From Pseudomonadota bacterium (GTDB lineage: Bacteria; Pseudomonadota; Alphaproteobacteria; Sphingomonadales; CAKZYD01): 64,000 nt of DNA. Under the pieces are notes generated by a model. The model had not been told where the DNA came from, made no database searches, and saw nothing but the letters and a program-made list of their open reading frames with translations. The DNA is taken from positions 11,692 through 75,691 of the forward strand of contig JBCCAR010000001.1 in NCBI GenBank assembly GCA_039814715.1, written 5' to 3'. A program made the position numbers and the translations under genes. Positions 37,588 through 45,654 of the stretch are shown here, in pieces; the stretch's first letter is position 1; each line of letters starts with the position of its first letter.

Positions 37588-39492
37588 GTGCAATTGACAC
37601 TAAATTTTAAGCGAGTGCTGTCTGCTTTTGTCGTTCTGATTTTATACTTTGCGATCCTAGCCCCAACGTCCGCCGCGCAGGTTCCTACTTGCCCCTCGCC
37701 CACGGCATCACAGCGCATTGATGCTGCGGTCTCCCCAGTTACCAACTTTATTTCAGCCCTCGTGTTTGCCCAAATCCCGGTGGTGCCCGCTGGCGATACG
37801 CAGACCGCAGTTCTTAAAATCGATCCTAGTGCGCTAACGGATGGCGACACGATAGACCTATCAATAGGTGATAAAACGCTGGCACTGGAAGTTGATACAA
37901 ATGGACTTGTGTGCGGCGAAGGCCAAGCCGCAGACCCCAGTGCGCTTGCCCCCCTCGCATTAGAAAACGCACTTAGTGACCTCCTGCCAGAAACAGGCGC
38001 TGTGGTTCGCGAGGCGAACACGCTGACACTCTCTGTGCCATCCGGTCTTGCCGCGTCGCTGCGTTTCTCCGGCAGCGCATTCAGCGGCAGCGGCTTTAGC
38101 AATGGGGCTGCCGGTTTGCCATTGATTGTGGTTTGGCTTTTGACCGGCGCCATGTTCTTTACCTGGCGCATGCGTTTCATCAATTTTCGCGGGTTTGTGC
38201 AAGCCATCCGTATTGCGCGGGGAACCTATGATGATCCAAGCGATCCGGGCGAAGTCACACATTTTCAAGCCCTCACCGCGGCGCTTTCAGGCACGGTCGG
38301 GCTTGGCAACATCGCCGGCGTGGCTGTTGCCGTCTCACTCGGCGGTCCTGGTGCAACCTTTTGGATGATCCTGGCCGGATTGCTTGGTATGGCGTCAAAG
38401 TTCACTGAATGCACCCTAGGCGTCTTTTATCGTAAAATTAACCCGCAAGGGATCGTGGCGGGTGGCCCGATGTATTATCTGCGCGATGGTCTTGCCGAAA
38501 AAGGCTATGGCGGGCTTGGGCGGTTTTTAGCTGCTTTCTTTGCTATCTTATGCGTTGGCGGGGCGTTTGGCGCGGGCAATATGTTCCAAGTCAATCAAAG
38601 CGCTGAACAAGTCATTGCAACGCTTGTTCCGCTTACGGGCGGTGCGGACAGTGTATTGGCGGGGAAACCCTGGATCATTGGACTAGCATACGCCTTCTTT
38701 GTGGGGCTCGTCATAGTTGGCGGTATTCGCTCCATCACGAAAGTGACGGAAAAGCTCGTGCCCCTCATGGCCTTTGTCTATCTCTCAGGCGCGCTCACCG
38801 TCATAGCGCTTAATATTGGAGCAGTTCCGAGCGCGTTTGCACAAATCGTGACGGGTGCCTTCACCTCCGAAGGTGTTGTCGGCGGCTTTATAGGCGTGCT
38901 GGTGATTGGCCTCCGGCGCGCCACCTTCTCCAATGAAGCTGGCGTAGGATCAGCCGCAATAGCACATTCAGCGGCAAAAACCCGCGAACCCGTCTCCGAA
39001 GGGCTGGTCGCGTTGCTCGAACCATTCATAGATACGGTGGTGATTTGCACCATCACCGCGCTGGTGCTCATCGTCACAGACATGCACACGGCTAGCGCAG
39101 GATTGGACGGGATAACGCTTACGTCCAACGCGTTTGCGTCTGTGATCAGCTGGTTTCCCTATCTGTTGACAGGCGCAGTTGTACTATTCGCTTTTTCGAC
39201 CTCGATCACCTGGTTTTATTATGGCCAGCGCGCCTTTTTATACCTTTGCGGCGACAAGCCATGGGCGGACCTGACTATAAAAGTGTTGTACCTGCTCACT
39301 TTGATCATTGGCTCCTCCATGACCCTTGGCGCCGTCATGTCCTTTGCCGATGCCATGCTGCTGGCCATGGCCTTTCCCAACATGATTGGTCTGTACATTC
39401 TTGCGCCAAAGGTTAAAGCAATGCTCGATAGTTACCTTGAGCGCGTGGCATCGGGTGAGATAAAGCCATATAAAGAACAAACTTCTGGATAG
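37588..39492 (+). CDS. alanine/glycine:cation symporter (AGCS) family transporter with an N-terminal extension/insertion
   Basis: AGCS signature FQALTAALSGTVGLGNIAGVAVAV, GGPGATFWM, SNEAGVGSAAIAHSAAKT. At 634 aa it is about 150 aa longer than typical members. GTG start. Confidence 0.9.
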   Translation: MQLTLNFKRVLSAFVVLILYFAILAPTSAAQVPTCPSPTASQRIDAAVSPVTNFISALVFAQIPVVPAGDTQTAVLKIDPSALTDGDTIDLSIGDKTLALEVDTNGLVCGEGQAADPSALAPLALENALSDLLPETGAVVREANTLTLSVPSGLAASLRFSGSAFSGSGFSNGAAGLPLIVVWLLTGAMFFTWRMRFINFRGFVQAIRIARGTYDDPSDPGEVTHFQALTAALSGTVGLGNIAGVAVAVSLGGPGATFWMILAGLLGMASKFTECTLGVFYRKINPQGIVAGGPMYYLRDGLAEKGYGGLGRFLAAFFAILCVGGAFGAGNMFQVNQSAEQVIATLVPLTGGADSVLAGKPWIIGLAYAFFVGLVIVGGIRSITKVTEKLVPLMAFVYLSGALTVIALNIGAVPSAFAQIVTGAFTSEGVVGGFIGVLVIGLRRATFSNEAGVGSAAIAHSAAKTREPVSEGLVALLEPFIDTVVICTITALVLIVTDMHTASAGLDGITLTSNAFASVISWFPYLLTGAVVLFAFSTSITWFYYGQRAFLYLCGDKPWADLTIKVLYLLTLIIGSSMTLGAVMSFADAMLLAMAFPNMIGLYILAPKVKAMLDSYLERVASGEIKPYKEQTSG

Positions 39493-39551
39493 TCTGGCCC
39501 CTTATCAGACGCTCGTTAGTCAAATCCATTATTGAGTAAGAGACCCCCGCT

Positions 39552-40001
39552 TTGCCAGCCCTGAACGCTTTGCCTGCTATCCGCATTATTGCAGCTTTTG
39601 CCATGGTGACCGCGTGGCCAGCGACCTCGATAGCTGAGGATAACGATTTCACCAAATCGACCTATTCCTCTCAAGGCGATGCAGCGCGTGGTGAAAAGGT
39701 GTTTAAACGCTGCAAATCCTGCCACCACGTCACCAATCAAGTGCCATCGCGCGCACCAGGGCCGCATTTATTTAAGGTTTTCGGCCGTGTCAGCGCCGGT
39801 GACCAAAACTACAAATACTATTCAGATGCCCTTAAAGCGGCCAATCTCATTTGGACGGAAGAACGGCTATTTGCTTTTCTGGAAGACCCCAATAGGTATC
39901 GTCCCGGAATTAAACCAACCATGCGCATCCAAAAAGTACGAGACGCGCAAAGCCGGATGGATTTACTTGCTTATATGCGCCAAGCGACCGAACCGCGGTG
40001 A
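39552..40001 (+). CDS. class I c-type cytochrome (c2-like)
   Basis: Signal peptide, then GDAARGEKVFKRCKSCHH (CXXCH haem site) and a distal Met region (KPTMRI). TTG start inferred. Confidence 0.8.
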   Translation: MPALNALPAIRIIAAFAMVTAWPATSIAEDNDFTKSTYSSQGDAARGEKVFKRCKSCHHVTNQVPSRAPGPHLFKVFGRVSAGDQNYKYYSDALKAANLIWTEERLFAFLEDPNRYRPGIKPTMRIQKVRDAQSRMDLLAYMRQATEPR

Positions 40002-40104
40002 CCTCCCATGGCGGTATCAGCTTGCAACCGAAGCAAAAATACCAACATTTGAGTTCATGTTTGTGGTAGAAAAAACCCATATTGAGAGACAAAGGACATT
40101 GCAA

Positions 40105-40755
40105 ATGAACGCTCCTTTCTTGAAAGCGATGAGCTTAGCCCTGGGCCTTATCACGGGTACAACCGGCGTTTTGACAAGTGCAGCCCTTACGCCCGCGCGC
40201 GCTGCTGCAACACAAGAGCAACAAGCGGCAGCCTTGGTTTTCTTTGAAGATATTTCAGGCAAAGCCTTTGCTGTTTTGCGCGATAAATCGCTGACTGAAG
40301 CCGATCAGCGCGCCGAATTTCGCCGCTTATTTGCCGAGGTGACGGACGTTCAACGCATTGGCGCAGCCTTGCTGGGCTTTCATCGCCGTAAATTTGATGA
40401 AATGCAGATGGAGCGCTACACGAGCTTGCTGCCGAGTTATGTCGTCGCGCTTTATACAGACCGGCTTACCGAGGTGGGCGATGAAGAAGTCACAATCGAA
40501 CGCACTTACACCCAAGGCAAAAAGGACATTTGGGTGGTCACAAGCGTCACCAGTCCGTTTGGCGGGGATGATTTGCGCGCGGATTGGCGCATGCGCCCCA
40601 TGGAAAATGGTGACTTCATGGTAATGGATGTGAAAGTGGAAAACATATCTTTGTTTCAGACGAAGAAAGATGAGTTCATGTCGTTCCTAAGCAACCGCGG
40701 TATTGAAGAATTCTTGACGCGCCTGGAAAAAGATGCGGAGGCAGACGAGGCCTAA
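40105..40755 (+). CDS. mlaC: MlaC/Ttg2D family phospholipid-binding periplasmic protein
   Basis: Signal peptide, then FRRLFAEVTDVQRIGAALLG...YTSLLPSYVVALYTDRL...WRM......DFMVMDVKVENISLFQTKKDEF. The true start is ATG 40105 (AAAGGA Shine-Dalgarno). The ORF-track N-terminal extension overlaps the cytochrome gene. Confidence 0.7.
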   Translation: MNAPFLKAMSLALGLITGTTGVLTSAALTPARAAATQEQQAAALVFFEDISGKAFAVLRDKSLTEADQRAEFRRLFAEVTDVQRIGAALLGFHRRKFDEMQMERYTSLLPSYVVALYTDRLTEVGDEEVTIERTYTQGKKDIWVVTSVTSPFGGDDLRADWRMRPMENGDFMVMDVKVENISLFQTKKDEFMSFLSNRGIEEFLTRLEKDAEADEA

Positions 40756-40758
40756 AGC

Positions 40759-41355
40759 GTGACCGGTATCCCTTGGCAGGACCGAGACTTCGGTGCTGGA
40801 GTCACACTCAAAAACCCAGCGTTCATTCACCCCACGGCATTGCTCTACGGCGACATAACGGTGGAAGAAGGGGCCTCTATTTGGCCCTATGTGGTCATTC
40901 GCGCTGAAAGTGCGCCGGTCGTCATAGGCCCCAATACCAACATCCAAGACTTTGTAATGATCCACACATCACCGGGGTTTCCGACCCATATTGGCGCGAA
41001 TGTCTCGGTGACGCATCACTGCACAGTCCATGCCTGCACTGTCGGCGATGACTGCCTCATTGGCATTAACGCAACGATTTTTGACGGCGCTCATATTGGC
41101 CATGGATCAACCGTTGGCCAGCATGCCTATGTGCGCGATGGAGCCCGGTTTGACGACCATAGTGTGATTGTCGGATCGCCAGCAAAAGCCATTAAAACGG
41201 TAGACGGGCGGCTCATGAACCGCATGAATGCCGCCCTTTATCGCCGCAACGCTGAATTTTTTGCAATTGGGCGACATGACGCTTGGCGCGGCAAGGAGTT
41301 TGAAGCATTTATGGCGGATACTATGCAGCAACTGCAAAGCCAATTGGCAGGATAA
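40759..41355 (+). CDS. gamma-carbonic anhydrase family / hexapeptide-repeat (LbH) protein
   Basis: Left-handed beta-helix hexapeptide repeats (IWPYVVIRAE..VVIGPNTNIQDFVMIH...IGANVSVTHHCTVHACTVGDDCLIGINATI). GTG start lies 3 nt after the mlaC stop. Confidence 0.8.
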   Translation: MTGIPWQDRDFGAGVTLKNPAFIHPTALLYGDITVEEGASIWPYVVIRAESAPVVIGPNTNIQDFVMIHTSPGFPTHIGANVSVTHHCTVHACTVGDDCLIGINATIFDGAHIGHGSTVGQHAYVRDGARFDDHSVIVGSPAKAIKTVDGRLMNRMNAALYRRNAEFFAIGRHDAWRGKEFEAFMADTMQQLQSQLAG

Positions 41356-41404
41356 GAAGGAGCGCTTTCCTCGCTGTCACTGCCGCGTAAAGGACCTTAA
41401 GACT

Positions 41405-41638
41405 ATGTCTGACAAACAGCTTCTACACCTCGTTTTTGGCGGCAAGGTGAAAGACCCCCAAGGCATGGAGTTTGAAGACCTCGACAACATTCACGTTGTC
41501 GGCGTCTATCCTGATTTTAAATCTGCCAAGTCCGCATGGAAAGGCGAGGCCCAGCGTACAGTCGACGATGCGCTGACCAAATATGTGGTTGTCCATCTTC
41601 ACCGGCTGTTAGAGCCTGAAGACGGCGACGACAATTAA
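41405..41638 (+). CDS. DUF4170 domain-containing protein
   Basis: MSDKQLLHLVFGGKVKDPQG.EFEDLDNIHVVGVYPDFKSAKSAWKGEAQRTVDDALTKYVVVHLHRLLEP matches the DUF4170 pattern. The ORF-track upstream extension is ignored. Confidence 0.75.
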   Translation: MSDKQLLHLVFGGKVKDPQGMEFEDLDNIHVVGVYPDFKSAKSAWKGEAQRTVDDALTKYVVVHLHRLLEPEDGDDN

Positions 41639-41814
41639 GAGTAGCGCGCCTTCAAAATCGTGTCGATCATCGCTTTGTCTTGAAGATATGCGCCTAGGCG
41701 GGTCTTCAAGAGGGCTGCCGCAGCCCCTTTGGTAACAGGTTGTTCTTGCGCGACCAAAGCAGCGCCCAAACGCTGCAAACCGCGATCACAATAAATCATC
41801 ATATCGAATGTCAT
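41635..41814 (-). CDS. possible 59-aa small protein (unannotated, doubtful)
   Basis: ATG 41814 to TAA 41635 encodes MTFDMMIYCDRGLQRLGAALVAQEQPVTKGAAAALLKTRLGAYLQDKAMIDTILKARYS. Below the ORF-track cutoff. Weak Shine-Dalgarno. The stop overlaps the DUF4170 stop by 4 nt. Confidence 0.2.
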   Translation of the reverse strand: MTFDMMIYCDRGLQRLGAALVAQEQPVTKGAAAALLKTRLGAYLQDKAMIDTILKARYS

Positions 41815-41931
41815 CTCTAAAAAAATGGTGTCATATATTGGCGTGAAGTAGCACGAAAACGTAAAGGTTTTTTTAAGGCTAGACTTTAAGGTTTTGATAA
41901 GACCGCCAAGACCGGTCGTATTGGAGAAGGC

Positions 41932-43434
41932 ATGAGTATCGTTGCAGGCATCTTAAACACACTTGCTGGCCTGCTGGTGATTGCCTTGGTCTTTGGCGCA
42001 GCAAGTATTGTCGTCATTTTCTTTCTCGACCGGCAGCAATCAAGCAACGCGGTCCGCCGCAACTACCCAGTCGTTGGCCGCCTGCGCAGCCTCTTTGAAC
42101 ATTTGGGAGAGTTCTTCCGGCAGTATTTCTTCGCTCTGGACCGCGAAGAACTGCCCTTCAACCGCGCCCAGCGCAATTGGGTGGGCCGCGCTGCGAAGGG
42201 CGACAGCCGCACCATCGCCTTCGGCTCCACGCGGGAACTGAGCCCAGAAGGCACAATCATTTTTGAAAATACGCAATTTCCGGTCCTTGAATCCGATATC
42301 GCAGAAGCTGAGCCAATTTGTTTCGGGCCCCTATGCGACAAGCCCTATGAGGCTCCATCCTTTTTCAACATTTCGGCCATGAGCTACGGCTCCTTATCCC
42401 AGCCCGCGATTACAGCTTTATCGCTGGGCGCAGCAAAGGCTGGAATTTGGCTGAATACAGGTGAAGGCGGACTGTCGGAGCATCATTTGGCAGGTGACTG
42501 CGACATTATCTTTCAAATTGGAACCGCCAACTACGGCGTGCGCAGCAAAGATGGCGCGTTGGACGATGCAGCGTTAAAAGCTGTTAGCCAACATGACGCT
42601 GTCAAAATGATCGAGTTGAAATTGGCGCAAGGTGCAAAACCCGGCAAGGGCGGGATTTTACCAGCGAACAAAGTGACGGCTGAGATTTCCCGTATCCGCG
42701 GTATTCCGGAAGGTGAAGCCTCGCACAGCCCTAATCGGCATCCTGATATTGCGAGCATCGATGAACTGTTAGCCAAGATTGCACACCTCAAACGCGTCAG
42801 CGGCCTGCCAGTTGGGTTTAAGACGGTGGCCGGCTCCCTCGCCTGGATGGACGATCTTGCCGCAGCGATCCACCTTCAAGATGAAGAGTCGCGTCCAGAT
42901 TTTATCACGCTCGATAGCGCAGATGGGGGAACGGGCGCAGCGCCGCAGTCGTTGATGGACTATCTGGGTTTGCCTATCCGCGAATCACTACCCGCTTTGG
43001 TCGATGCGCTAGATCGCCATAGCCTTCGCCCGCGGGTGCGCGTGATTGCGTCAGGAAAAATGCTCTTGCCGTCAGAAGTAAGCTGGGCGCTTGCCATGGG
43101 CGCCGATGCTATCAATTGCGCGCGCGGGTTTATGTTCTCGCTTGGCTGTATCCAAGCGCTCAAGTGCAACAAGAACACCTGCCCAACCGGCATTACAACG
43201 CATAGAGAAGACTTGCAAAGAGGCCTCGTACCACGCGTTAAAGCCGATCACGTGGCTCAATTTGCCAGCGCTATTCGCCATGATGTGGGGGTCATTGCTC
43301 ACAGCTGCGGCGCGGCCTCGCCATCGCACCTTCAGCGCCATCATGTGCGCATGGTGATCGATGAGAACCAGTCGATCAATTTGGCCGTTCGATACCCGCC
43401 CGTTGATCAGGCCAAATCAGCTGGAAAGACTTGA
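41932..43434 (+). CDS. FMN-binding glutamate synthase family protein (GltB domain-2-like, membrane-anchored)
   Basis: N-terminal TM helix, then FNISAMSYGSLS, NTGEGG, IELKLAQGAKPGKGGILP, DFITLDSADGGTGAAP and a CxxxC region. Confidence 0.85.
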   Translation: MSIVAGILNTLAGLLVIALVFGAASIVVIFFLDRQQSSNAVRRNYPVVGRLRSLFEHLGEFFRQYFFALDREELPFNRAQRNWVGRAAKGDSRTIAFGSTRELSPEGTIIFENTQFPVLESDIAEAEPICFGPLCDKPYEAPSFFNISAMSYGSLSQPAITALSLGAAKAGIWLNTGEGGLSEHHLAGDCDIIFQIGTANYGVRSKDGALDDAALKAVSQHDAVKMIELKLAQGAKPGKGGILPANKVTAEISRIRGIPEGEASHSPNRHPDIASIDELLAKIAHLKRVSGLPVGFKTVAGSLAWMDDLAAAIHLQDEESRPDFITLDSADGGTGAAPQSLMDYLGLPIRESLPALVDALDRHSLRPRVRVIASGKMLLPSEVSWALAMGADAINCARGFMFSLGCIQALKCNKNTCPTGITTHREDLQRGLVPRVKADHVAQFASAIRHDVGVIAHSCGAASPSHLQRHHVRMVIDENQSINLAVRYPPVDQAKSAGKT

Positions 43435-43500
43435 TCACAAGCCGCGCTGTCAGATACATAGCGGCAACGATTAGATATTTTTGGAAAAGTGACCAAACGC

Positions 43501-43617
43501 ATGGAAATGGATACCAAACAGCACCGCCAAACCTACAAAGGTTTCATTAGCGCATCTAAATGGGGCACCGTGTTCGTTGCTCTGATCGTCATCGGCGTTG
43601 TAATTATCATCACCTGA
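43501..43617 (+). CDS. aa3-type cytochrome c oxidase subunit IV microprotein (38 aa)
   Basis: My own translation is MEMDTKQHRQTYKGFISASKWGTVFVALIVIGVVIIIT. It closely parallels Paracoccus subunit IV (..[30 protein letters not shown]..) as I recall it. One TM helix. Absent from the ORF track because it is shorter than 60 aa. Confidence 0.75.
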   Translation: MEMDTKQHRQTYKGFISASKWGTVFVALIVIGVVIIIT

Positions 43618-43638
43618 TACAATCGCTTCTGCGCTTTC

Positions 43639-45081
43639 TTAGCGGCTTCCAAGCTCTAACAGCCGGCTCAATTGGTTTTGGCTAATAATCGGCAACTGCG
43701 GCGCCGGCTCTTGGCGCACATATTGCCGCTGGCTGCGTTGCTTTGGCGGTAATATTGTGCCTGCATCGCCCGTTATGGCACCCTGATCCAGCAAAGGCTG
43801 GAACACAGGGTCGCTATAACCGTTCACGCGCTGCGCAATGACGGGATTATCGCCCGACAATACCAAAACCATTTCATCATGATCGAGGTCCATAATATCA
43901 GCCGGCTTTGGATAGCCAGTGATGGCCGCAATTTCCTGCGCCACGATCATGGTGTTGGTCCCAAAGGCTTGCAGCACCCACGCTTCGCTTAAAAAGCGTC
44001 TCCAAGACCTCGGATAGGCACCGCGCAAGGCCTCCGCGTCCGCCCAAATCGTCCATAGATGCACGCCAAATGCGCTCAAATGGCTGTTGGCGTGGACAAG
44101 AGTGTCAAAATTCCCAAGGTCCTGCGCTTGATCAATCAAAACCAAGGTCGCCTGCTGCGGCGCCCTCACCCGCCGTGCCAAAGCTTCCAACAGCGTTCCG
44201 AGCCATAGCTGGCCAAGGCGCTGATAGGCAGAGGTCTGTTGTCCCGGCAAAAGGATATAGATGCTGCTGGCTTTCCCATCGGCCACGGCTTCTAGATCAA
44301 AGCTGGTCGACGCTGTCGATGAGACTACGCCCTCATGATTCAAGAATTGCAGCTGATCCTGCAAATAAGACAGCATGGCGGTCATCATTTCTGGCGGCGT
44401 GAGGCCAAGAAACGACGATGCCTGCCGGATCTCTTCATTCGGGCTATTAGCAAGCAACTCAAAAAGGCGCTTTAGCTCCTGCGGGCTATCAAACAAAATC
44501 GCCCGGGTGCGCTCCAAATTATGCTGCATGGGCGGTTCTTGCAGAACCTGAAACAGCAAAACGGCCGCCAAAAACTGCTGTGCGCGCGACGAGATCGCAT
44601 TTGTATTGGCATCAAGGCTTAGCAGTGGACAGATCAGTGCGGCCAGATTGCGGGCTTTTTCCTGCAGGTCTTGCCGGTCTTTATCAAGCAAACTGAACGG
44701 GTTGAGCGACGCACTGGCAGAACCAGACAAGCCGTAAGGGTCAAGCAGGATGACATCATCGCCGCGCTGCTGGCGCGCTTTGGCGGTCGCACGGTATGTG
44801 CAAGACGAGCCGCTCAGGCTGATCGTAGGGCCAGAATGACGCAAAATGCCGGGCACCAGACAGTTTGCATCGCTCGCGCTGCGTTGGCCAGAAAAGGTGA
44901 GAATATTGCCGCGATTCTCAAACATCACGGCATCTAAAAAACCCGTTTCAGGGCAGCAATCAGGATTCCCAAAGGCGAACCCAAGCGGCATGCTGGCTTG
45001 AAGATGTTCGAGCGACCAACCAACCAGGAGCCCCTCTTCCATGAGGGTGTCCGGCAGTTTCAGCGCTTCGCCATCAGCCAT
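43639..45081 (-). CDS. VirD4/TraG-type (T4CP) coupling-protein homologue, soluble, with degenerate Walker A/B motifs
   Basis: NILTFSGQRSASDANCLVPGIL aligns with the T4CP P-loop region (..APTRSGKGVG.VIPNLL) but the GK(S/T) is lost. VILLDPYG, NPFSLL and IYILLP follow, and LVLIDQAQDLG sits in place of DEFxxLG. HLWTIWADAEALRGAYP stands in place of the Q..QL...YG motif. There are no N-terminal TM helices. AGGA lies 8 nt before the ATG. Confidence 0.7.
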   Translation of the reverse strand: MADGEALKLPDTLMEEGLLVGWSLEHLQASMPLGFAFGNPDCCPETGFLDAVMFENRGNILTFSGQRSASDANCLVPGILRHSGPTISLSGSSCTYRATAKARQQRGDDVILLDPYGLSGSASASLNPFSLLDKDRQDLQEKARNLAALICPLLSLDANTNAISSRAQQFLAAVLLFQVLQEPPMQHNLERTRAILFDSPQELKRLFELLANSPNEEIRQASSFLGLTPPEMMTAMLSYLQDQLQFLNHEGVVSSTASTSFDLEAVADGKASSIYILLPGQQTSAYQRLGQLWLGTLLEALARRVRAPQQATLVLIDQAQDLGNFDTLVHANSHLSAFGVHLWTIWADAEALRGAYPRSWRRFLSEAWVLQAFGTNTMIVAQEIAAITGYPKPADIMDLDHDEMVLVLSGDNPVIAQRVNGYSDPVFQPLLDQGAITGDAGTILPPKQRSQRQYVRQEPAPQLPIISQNQLSRLLELGSR

Positions 45082-45133
45082 GCGCAGTCCTTTCTAGCAA
45101 TACGTTTTTTTTAAAATGCGGTGACAGAATGGC

Positions 45134-45457
45134 TTAGCTGTCGTTCATGACCTGCTGCTTGGCCTCAACCAGTTTTTCATCCATCACTGTGCGCAATTTA
45201 TGGTCTGTTACATCGATGGATTTGGCGTCTAAATCAGCGCGCAGCTTGCGAAAAACATCATCATCGCCAGCCTCTTCTAGGTCGGATTTCACTAAGGTCA
45301 TGACATACGCTTCTGCGTCTGTATCTGACAGACCCATTAGATTAGCGGCCCAGCCCGCAAGGAGGCGATTGCGGCGCATTTCTGTTTTGAAGCGAATCTC
45401 ATCATCATGCGCAAATTTGTTTTCAAAGGCGCGCTCGCGGTCGTCTAAGCCAGTCAT
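45134..45457 (-). CDS. DUF1476 / F1-ATPase inhibitor subunit zeta
   Basis: MTGLDDRERAFENKFAHDDEIRFKTEMRRNRLLAGWAA...DDDVFRKLRADL closely parallels the Paracoccus zeta subunit. It is divergent from purC, as is typical in alphaproteobacteria. Start taken at ATG 45457. Confidence 0.85.
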   Translation of the reverse strand: MTGLDDRERAFENKFAHDDEIRFKTEMRRNRLLAGWAANLMGLSDTDAEAYVMTLVKSDLEEAGDDDVFRKLRADLDAKSIDVTDHKLRTVMDEKLVEAKQQVMNDS

Positions 45458-45654
45458 AAAGAACCCTTTACAAAAATTGATCGATCTTGAATGTACGGAC
45501 GCTGCGCGCGCGCGCAAGTCAGCATTTTCAAAATTGTCTTGAAAAGCATGACATTCGCGTTGCCGTTTTTCCGCGCACATGGTTTAACGATCCAACTATC
45601 TTCTCGGGGACAGACCACCCACGCTCCCTTCCGCAAGAGAAAGCTATTCGCCGG

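Noticed and set aside
37485-38207. 240-aa minus-strand ORF overlapping the 5' part of the AGCS transporter gene
   Set aside because: It is antisense to a gene with strong family motifs. The product is S/A/P/R-rich with no motif, which is typical of a shadow ORF in GC-rich coding DNA.
39679-40104. N-terminal 142-aa extension of the MlaC ORF in the ORF track
   Set aside because: It overlaps the cytochrome c gene in another frame. A signal peptide with AAAGGA Shine-Dalgarno begins at ATG 40105, which fits MlaC family length.
45480-45654. Possible purine or ZTP riboswitch in the purC leader
   Set aside because: There is no pfl/ZTP core (GGGTCGTGAC...CCGCCTGGGCA) and no purine-aptamer junction motifs. 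The ORF-track N-terminal extension of purC here is also not credible.
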